Part shown: in pieces, positions 55,177 to 64,000 of the stretch
Numbering within the stretch: position 1 is the first letter of the stretch
How the letters are laid out: each line of letters opens with the position of its first letter
Assembly (NCBI RefSeq): GCF_006345805.1
Contig: NC_043006.1
Location: 83,328,001-83,392,000, forward strand
Direction: 5' to 3'
DNA from: Octopus sinensis
Taxonomy: Eukaryota
Length of the DNA: 64,000 bases
The notes under the pieces: generated by a model
What the model was told of the DNA's origin: nothing
Seen by the model: only the letters and a program-made list of their open reading frames with translations
The model's database searches: none
Made by a program: the position numbers and the translations under genes

Positions 55177-55676
55177 AACTCAGTGAACAAGTTGGACAAA
55201 CCCGGGCATGAATAACGCTTTCAAGAGGTTCCGTTCAGATTGCTTTCTGTCGACTGTCCATACTAAAGTTCCGTGAAACAAGCAAACAACATTCCTTCGT
55301 CTTTCATTTATGGAAACCGAACAATAACTCTGTTCAAATACTGCGATAATATGACGCATTCGGACCTCCGGTCTTCGCTTTGAGCACTTTGTTTCTAACG
55401 TTTTTCACTTCATATTTTCTCCCGTTTTCCCAGTTCTTAATCCGAACTTTTTCCCTATGAACCGATGATGATTCTCATATGTTGTAAATTGGTAGATAAC
55501 GCATATATTAGAAGCCCTTTAGGCAAAATTTTAACTAGATTCCTTTAAAATGTTACACACAGGCGCGCACGCGCACACACAGACATGTATGTGTGTCTGG
55601 ATGGATGGATGGAAGCATTATTATATATATATATATATATTATATATATATATATATAATATATATATATATATTG

Positions 55677-55870
55677 AAATTATAATTTAGGGTATCTACG
55701 AGATACCGCCATGCTGAAAATAGCAGCCAAAATCTGACTCTTAAACCACATTAAATGTTCATACAGCACAAGGAGAGAAGACAAAAAAAAATTTAATGTG
55801 GTTTTAGAGTCAAATTTTGGCTGCTATTTTCAGCATGGCGGTATCTCGTAGATACCCTAAATTATAATTT
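55677..55870. repeat. Near-perfect inverted repeat, 80-bp arms, 34-nt spacer
   Basis: 55677-55756 is the reverse complement of 55791-55870 with about two mismatches. Confidence 0.95.
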
Positions 55871-55959
55871 TAATAATAATTATCACCTTTGAAGGTTTTT
55901 ATTCCCATGCTGGCCACTTAATAAGATCGATATTTATTTTAAATTAACGATCTTATCCT

Positions 55960-56051
<92 letters not shown>

Positions 56052-56550
56052 TCAGTAAATCATAAATACAAAATGGAAGCGCACTCTGAGAGGAGCAGAG
56101 TATTCAGAGAAAGATAGTTATGGCCGGTTCATTGATTACCCAGGGTTTGGCGTCCATGAAACGCTTAGCTTTACATACGCCCCATCAAAAGCCAATGTGT
56201 CTTGTATGTGAGTGCAGTGCATCAAATTTGAAAGGCTATATTTTGAAACTAACCAGAGAAAGATGCCCTGTCTATCTTGTTGCTGTCTTTAAAAAATGTA
56301 ATGTTGGGTAATCTGGTTCTAGATAACTTGTCTGAGGAAAAGATTGGAGGGCCATGATTGGAAGTTTGCCGATCACTTAAGGTCTCTTCTGGAACTGGAA
56401 TGCATGAGGAGGCAGTGGTTTTAGTTGAAAACGTGAGGGGTGAAAAATTTCGTATGGCTAATAAGGGTTTTTAATTAAGGCGGTGGCTCTAAAAGTGTGT
56501 TTGGTTATGGGGACACTAAGAACTGGACGACGGCAACAACAGCAGCAGCA

Positions 56551-56896
56551 GTGGTTAGGACAGCGGACTCACGGTCGGAGGATCGCGGTTTCGATTTCCA
56601 GACCGGGCGTTGTGTGTGTTTATTGAGCGAAAACAACTAAAGCTCCACGAAGCTCTGGCAGGGGGTAGTGGCGACCCCTGTTGTACTCTTTCGCTCCAAC
56701 TTTCTCTCACTCTTTCTTCCTGTTTCTTGTCCCCGACTTCCTACGCAACCGCTGAACCTAGATGCGCATTCATCCGTCTGTCGATGGTCTCGGTGTCGGG
56801 AGTTGACCTGCTTTCTCTTCTGCGGGTCTTACGAATAGCAAAGGACCACGTTTCGGACTTTTCCCACTACAGGGACGAAGACCGCTTCGCGCGCTT
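56551..56896 (+). mobile_element. SINE family D with 16-bp TSD
   Basis: TSD aacaacagcagcagca at 56535-56550 and 56897-56912; tRNA-like head gtggttag...gtttcgatttcc. Confidence 0.85.
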
Positions 56897-57726
56897 AACA
56901 ACAGCAGCAGCAACATAGAAACAACCTAATGAAATAAAATGAGGTTATATAAGTGAGAAGAGGTTGTTCATAGGAACACAAAACCAAGATTTTTTTAATG
57001 CCACCTGTATATCTCTTGAGGATCATGAAAGGTCAGGGCCCTCGAAATTTTGAACTCTGCAACCAAGCATAGAGACTGTTCGTGCCGCAACGGCGACATG
57101 CCATTAATGAAATAAATAAACATTATCTCGAACGAAAGCTCTTTTTTTTTTTAAGGGTCTTCTTTCGTTTTCCCTTTTTTATAATGATGACCTTTGGTGC
57201 CCTCAAATCATCTACGACCTGAACTGAAGAAACTCCTGCGACAAAATCATGAAGCAATATGCACGCGAGTGACCCATGAAAAAAAAAGGAGATAAGCTGC
57301 CTAACGTTGGCAGAATAAACTAACATGAAGACATTCTTTCATCAAGACTACGTGAGATCAGATGAGTTACGTTGAATTAAGTTATCTAGCTTAGGGAGGA
57401 AGAAGGAACAGAAGATCTATGACTGAAGCCGTTCTCGTCGCCACCCACTGCGATAAGAGAACAGAAGTCAAGACGTTTAGAAGATGGACTTGAAATTTCA
57501 GGACGGCTTCTGTCTACATTCACTTGTAGTACTGCTATAAATATCTCTTACATCATAGTAAAACGCCGCCAGTTTTTATTCCCAATGGCCTTTTTAACGA
57601 GCACCGTGCGAGATTACGATCAATAGGCCAGTCTATTTGCTGCTATTGATGTTGATGCTACTCTCAGATTGTTACTATTGAGACATTTTTGTACATTATA
57701 TATATATACATGCGTGTGTGCGAGCG

Positions 57727-57796
<70 letters not shown>

Positions 57797-57975
57797 CAGA
57801 TATATAGATATAGATATAGATACAGATATAGATATATAGATATATAGATATAGATATAGATATATATATATGTATATATATATGTATTATATAATGTACA
57901 TGTATATATATGTATATATATATATATATTATATTACATTATGTTATATCATGTTATGTTATATCATAAATATTT

Positions 57976-58023
<48 letters not shown>

Positions 58024-58119
58024 TGTGTGTGTGTGTGTGTGTGTATTTGTTGTGTGTGTGTGTGTGTCTGCATAACGACGAAATAAATTGACGGCAGAAA
58101 ATTTCATTGCTACTATACT

Positions 58120-58503
58120 TTTTACTTTTACTTATTTCAGTCATTTGACTGTGGCCATGCTGGAGCACCGCTTTTAGTCGAGCAAATCGACCCCAGGACT
58201 TATTCTTTGTAAGCCTACTACTTATTCTATCGGTCTCTTTTACGGGGACGTAAACACACCAGCATCGGTTGTCAAGCGACGTTGGGGGGACAAACACGAT
58301 ACACAAACGTACACACACACATACATATATATATATGCATATATACGGCGGGCTTCTTTCAGTTTCCGTCTACCAGATCCACTCACAAGGCTTTAGTCGG
58401 CCCGAGGCTATAGTAGAAGACAGTTGCCCAAAGTGCCACGCAGTAGGACTGAACCCGGAACCATGTGGTTGGTAAGCAAGCTACTTACCACACAGCCACT
58501 CCT
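58120..58503 (-). mobile_element. SINE family A, full-length
   Basis: Highly similar to 2040-2433. Confidence 0.9.
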
Positions 58504-58728
58504 GGAAAATTATTGCTCTGCTTTACTTTTCTTTTTACGAGCGGACTTCGGGAACAAGTTAACTAATACATCGAGGCATTATTGTGTACACACACACACA
58601 CACATGCAAACACATGCACACACATATGTACATACACACACGTGAACATACACGTATGTATGTATGTATGTAGTATGTATGTATGTATGTATGTATGTAT
58701 GTATGTATGTATGTATGTATGTGTGTGT

Positions 58729-58759
<31 letters not shown>

Positions 58760-58870
58760 AGCGCGAGAAAAAAGCAGAGAGAATGAGGATATGTGAAGTT
58801 CTAAATGAACAAGACCTGCAATCGCAGTGCTAAAGACTCTAACGGTGTCACAATGGTGAAGGTATAGCAA

Positions 58871-58916
<46 letters not shown>

Positions 58917-59033
58917 CGATGACGATGACGATGATGATGATGACGATGATGACGATGACGATGATGACGATGATGATGATGACGATGATGATGATGATGG
59001 TGACGACGACGACGACGACGATGATGATGATGG

Positions 59034-59090
<57 letters not shown>

Positions 59091-59320
59091 CGATGATGAC
59101 GACGATGATGATGATGATGACGATGATAACGATGATGACGATGACGATGATGACGATGACGATGATGACGATGACGATGATGACGATGACGATGATGACG
59201 ATGATGACAATGATGACGATGATGATCATGATGATGACGACGAAGACGACGACGAAGACGACGACGATGATGATCATGATGATCATGATGTTGAAGACGA
59301 TGACGATGACTACAACGACG
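58871..59320 (+). repeat. (GAT/GAC)n compound trinucleotide repeat
   Basis: About 450 nt of GAT/GAC triplets. Confidence 0.95.
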
Positions 59321-59360
59321 GCATCGAATATAAGACAAATACAAAGAAGAACAACAGCAA

Positions 59361-59421
<61 letters not shown>

Positions 59422-59998
59422 TACTACTACTAATATTAGTAATAGCAGTAATAATAATAATAACAATAACAATAGTAGGTGTCTGAGTGAGTAAATAATA
59501 CTAAAATTGTTTAGAATGAATATAAATAAACTTGCATAAACAAAAGAGAAAGAAATAAAGGGGGATAATTACGTGACAGATCTGATTCTAAATATATCTT
59601 TTCATTCTGCTTTAACGTGAAAAAAATTCACCAAGAACAATATAATATATTATTATATATAAAGAGCGCGACGGAAAATATTTACGGGGAAAAAAAGTTT
59701 TAAATAAATAAGCGACGAACATGTAATTTCCCTTTAGAATTTGATTCCTAAAATCCCGTTAAAACTAATTCTAGTTCCTTAAACATAACAAAGTATAAGG
59801 TTAAAGAAACAGAAAGCCGACGGCGTCGTCTCCTGTAAAATAAAGACAAAAAGAAATTATGAAATGCTGGAGACTTTCGAAGTGGCTGTGACGATGAATG
59901 TGCCAGAGAATGAAAGTATTGTAAATCTTCCAAGGTTATATGCATGAGTGTGTGTGTTCGCGAGCGCAGGGTGAGTGTGAATGTGTGCACATACATAC

Positions 59999-60046
<48 letters not shown>

Positions 60047-60095
60047 ATATATATATGTATATATATATATATATATATATCTATAATATATATAT

Positions 60096-60134
<39 letters not shown>

Positions 60135-60193
60135 TATATATATATATGTATATATATGTTATATATATATATATTAGGTGGACAAGTGAGAAA

Positions 60194-60424
60194 GGCGGCG
60201 AGTCGGCAGAAACGTTAGCACGCCGGGCGAAATGCGTAGCCGCATTTCGTCTGCTGTTACGTTCTGAGTTCAAATTCCGCCGCGGTCGACTTTGGCATTC
60301 ATCCTTTCGGGGTCGATAAATAAAGTACCAGTTTCGCACTGGGGTTGATGTAATCGACTTAATCCCTTTGTCTGTCCTTGTTTCTCCCCTCTATGTTTAA
60401 CCCCTTGTGGGCAATAAAGAAATA
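60194..60424 (+). mobile_element. SINE family B, full-length
   Basis: Near-identical to 19234-19463 and 5088-5317. Confidence 0.9.
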
Positions 60425-60478
60425 TATATATACATGCATATATTCACATTCATATGTACACAAAACCATGTACATATA

Positions 60479-60541
<63 letters not shown>

Positions 60542-60893
60542 AACGAATGAGTGAAGAAACGAATGGAAGTAGCACTCAAAACATGTACACATGTAGCTTA
60601 AATTTTCGTGGACGTGAAAAGACACCAAAGTGAATGGAACTTTGGCCGTCTGATATCATCAGACGGTACTTAATGATCATTCGATCCTAAACCGTAACAC
60701 CTTCCCGTTGGTGGATCAGCAAATGTGGTAAAATCACTGCTCATTCATTTCCTCCTGGTTTTCTGCTCAACTCTACACCTACCAAGTTTTATTCAGTTGG
60801 TACTTATGCTCCCATTTCTGAAGTAAGCCCTCCCCACCCTACCACAACCAAAGTAGCCCAATCAAAATTTACTTCACTCCCAACTCGAGAAAC

Positions 60894-61194
60894 GTGGAGG
60901 CACATGGCCTAGTGGTTAGAGCACCAGATTCGCGGTCGAGGGATCACGGGTTCAAATCTCAGACCAGGCGATGTGTGTGTTTATGAGCGAAACACCTAAG
61001 CTCCACGCGGCTCCGGCAGAAGGCAATGGCCAACTTCTGCTGACTCTTTCGCCACAACTTTCTCTCACACTTTCCTCCTGCATCTTGCAGCTCACCTGTG
61101 ACGGACTGGCGTCCCGTCCAGGTGGGGAACCTATACGCCACGGAAACCGGGAAACCGGCCCTTATGAGCCAGGCATGGCTCCAGAAGGATCGAA
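60894..61194 (+). mobile_element. SINE family D with 13-bp TSD and alternative tail
   Basis: TSD caactcg(a/c)gaaac at 60881-60893 and 61195-61207; head ggcacatggcctagtggttagagc...ggttcaaatc. Confidence 0.85.
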
Positions 61195-61563
61195 CAACTC
61201 GCGAAACAAGGCATTGAATAAATGAAACACGTTAATAATGCGAGATATTTCAAAACAGCGATACTTTGCCTTCATTTTGTTTCTGTTCACATATGCTCTT
61301 CCTTACGTACTTTAAAAAATAATAGCTAACAAATTTTTTACTTGAAATAACTATTTATAACCTCTGAAAAACTTAATCCTTCACCAAATACAAAGAAAAT
61401 TGTTTTCACAACGCACTGTAAACATATTAACAACTGGTTCAGGCATGAATTGCTACTAACGATTATGTTCCATTGAGCTTCTTTTCTTCTTATTATTGTT
61501 ATTCTTTTCTTACATGTATTTGTTATTTCAATATTTTTAACGTACATTTATGTGTATATATGC

Positions 61564-61717
<154 letters not shown>

Positions 61718-62282
61718 ACATATATATATGCAAACGTATGTATATATATATATATATATATATATGTACATAACACTGTGTGTGTTGTGTCAGAGATTTT
61801 ATATTGTATGTATACTATATATAACTCAATAGTTTTTGATCAGTATTTTACTCATAAATGAAATAATACTGCTTTTATCTAAAACTTATGTTTCTTCATC
61901 TGTTCTAAATGTTTGCGTCTTTGCTTTCAAATAATAAACCAAGCACTCATTATTTCATGAATGTGTATATATACATATATATATATATTATATATGCATA
62001 TGTATATGTATATAGAACATTAATCTCGATTTGATATCGAGCAGGCTAACAGTACTCAATGCATTTTTTAATGTAGAGTCAAAATTTCGCCTATTAATAA
62101 AGTAATGCCTGACAACGGTACCATTTTTAGACGCATTTCTGTATCTTCTCAAAGCTTTGTTATTTCTTTGTTGGTATTTTTTTCTTTTTAGCTTTAGAGA
62201 AGATACTCAAGCGTATTTAAGCAACCATATTGTTGTCAAGCATTATCTTGTTAATAATACGCATGTACATATATATATAATA

Positions 62283-62327
<45 letters not shown>

Positions 62328-62649
62328 ATTATACAGTGTAGATATGTAGGCATTCGGAACTAGTCAATGATTAATCATCGATAGTGTCTATCAGGGATCA
62401 GCAACAGTTGGGCGAACTATATATATGTATATATATTACCAGTAAACCGTTAGATTTTAACAAAAATTTCTGTGGAATTTAATGCGTTTTGCATCACGAT
62501 TTACTCAATAATTGCAATAAGAAATCAGGGAATACCCGAGGATATTTTCATATGTAAAATATGCTATAATAGGATGAAAAATACGATATAATGTGTAAGT
62601 TACGCTAATAGTGTTTAAGATACGATATAATATTTAAGCGAGTCATGAG

Positions 62650-62900
62650 CATGGGCCTGCGAACAGGGGATGCAGGCAGTGCAAGCGCACCTAAAATTTT
62701 TCTGGGGTGCAAAATCAATGATTGCACCCCTATATTTTTCAGGTTTAGAAGACAGTGCTTAAAAATTGATCTTCAAGTTAGGTTTCTTCTCAAAGAACAA
62801 AGAGCAAAAATGTTTTTTAAATAATGATAATAAGATCTTTGTAAAAAATATTTGAACCTGGGTCAGCACCCCCTAAGCAAATTTCCTTCCCTAGCCAGTA
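62650..62900. mobile_element. Non-autonomous hAT-like element with 8-bp TSD
   Basis: gtcatgag flanks both ends (62642-49, 62901-08); GC-rich termini with gcacccc/ggggtgc subterminal motifs; TIRs degenerate. Confidence 0.6.
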
Positions 62901-63300
62901 GTCATGAGCAAATATAAAAATAAAAAGTAGAGTATTAAAAAAACTTGTTGCTGGTGCCTGGAATAGATTGTAGATTGAACTTACGTATATGTCGTATATT
63001 GCATAGAATTTAATAATAGTCTATAGGAAAAAGAATAATCTTTGAACTATAATAAATTTAGTATTGCTTGCTCTAAAATAATTACTTAAAAAGTAAAATT
63101 AATCACTTAAGATAATATTAATCGAAGAAAAAATATTTTGTCATGTTTTCGAAAACCGTTCATAAAATATTGATAATTCAGTTTTGCTCTTTTCCTTTTG
63201 CTTACAACTTAGCTCAAGACATGCCAAGATTATTTTAAGCTATATTAATCTTTAATATTAAATATAAATATTTTTGTTTCTTCTTTTTTACTTCCAACAG

Positions 63301-63354
63301 CCTTCCTATGACCGATCGTACGGCAGTCTTGCCAGCAGCAGGAACTATGGCTCT
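63301..63354 (+). CDS. Candidate internal 54-nt exon of an unidentified gene (phase 0: PSYDRSYGSLASSRNYGS)
   Basis: Long polypyrimidine tract ending ttccaacag at 63300, donor gtgagt at 63355, length divisible by 3, GC-richer than flanks, open in two frames. Confidence 0.6.
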
Positions 63355-63723
63355 GTGAGTACAACATTATTGTATATTCAATCTTTATATATAAATACGT
63401 GTGTGTGTGTGTGATATAAAGAAAAAAGAGAGAGAGAATACTGTATGCATATATTCAGTTCTCAACCGAAGATCGCAATGGCGCGATCACGACGCGCGAA
63501 ATAAATTTTCACTTTCAGTTTCAACATGTGTCGAACTCACCTATCTCATTCGTCCGACATAAACCAATGTACGAATACACACACACACATAGGCAAACAT
63601 ACACACATATATACATATATATTACACGCACACATACACACACACACACATACACACACACACATACACACACACACATATAGATTTTCTTTCTCCATCT
63701 TCCCTTCTTTGGACTTTTTCTAT

Positions 63724-63758
63724 ATTTCTGATGAAGAGCTCCGCTCGAAACGTGAAAT
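63724..63758 (+). ncRNA. Minimal hammerhead ribozyme motif (Penelope-type)
   Basis: ATTT CTGATGA A GAGC TCC GCTC GAAAC GTG AAAT: stem I ATTT/AAAT, stem II GAGC/GCTC, stem III palindrome ACGT; cleavage triplet GUG is non-canonical. Confidence 0.65.
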
Positions 63759-63845
63759 CCTCTTTCTTTTCTTTCCTTTCCTGAGCGTCCAATAACACAG
63801 TACTTATATTACGTTCTCTTATTCTTACTTATTCTTGTTTGGATT

Positions 63846-63921
<76 letters not shown>

Positions 63922-64000
63922 ATATATGTATGTAGTATGTATATATATTGTATATTATACATATATACTATATATTTTATAGTTTATATACATATATTAT

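Noticed and set aside
60646-60667. ccgtctgat-atc-atcagacgg hairpin containing TCATCAG
   Set aside because: Simple 9-bp hairpin with no GAAA or other hammerhead helices.
60894-60970. tRNA-like sequences at SINE heads
   Set aside because: A/B boxes run directly into SINE bodies and lack a proper cloverleaf; not tRNA genes.

Overview
AT-rich, microsatellite-saturated eukaryotic genomic DNA. The repeat content suggests a coleoid cephalopod such as Octopus; this is my recognition, not a search result. The window is essentially intronic or intergenic. Almost all listed ORFs are translations of (TA)n, (CA)n, (ATAC)n, (AAT)n or (GAT)n repeats or of SINEs, and no gene can be named. It contains many copies of at least four tRNA-derived SINE families, two MITE-like DNA elements with 8-bp TSDs, a Helitron-like fragment, two ~1 kb tandem duplications (possibly assembly artefacts), small minisatellites, a 100-N gap and a few candidate short + strand exons (best: 63301-63354). 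The most notable signal is a set of about nine type I hammerhead-ribozyme motifs (CUGANGA / stem II / GAAA / often palindromic stem III / NUH / stem I) from several unrelated sequence families. They sit in short non-coding units, often next to (TA)n tracts. They include a spacer-less palindromic double hammerhead, a 335-nt-spaced tandem pair, core variants and one with a long stem II. This resembles Penelope-like element ends or non-LTR retrozymes. SINE boundaries are approximate.
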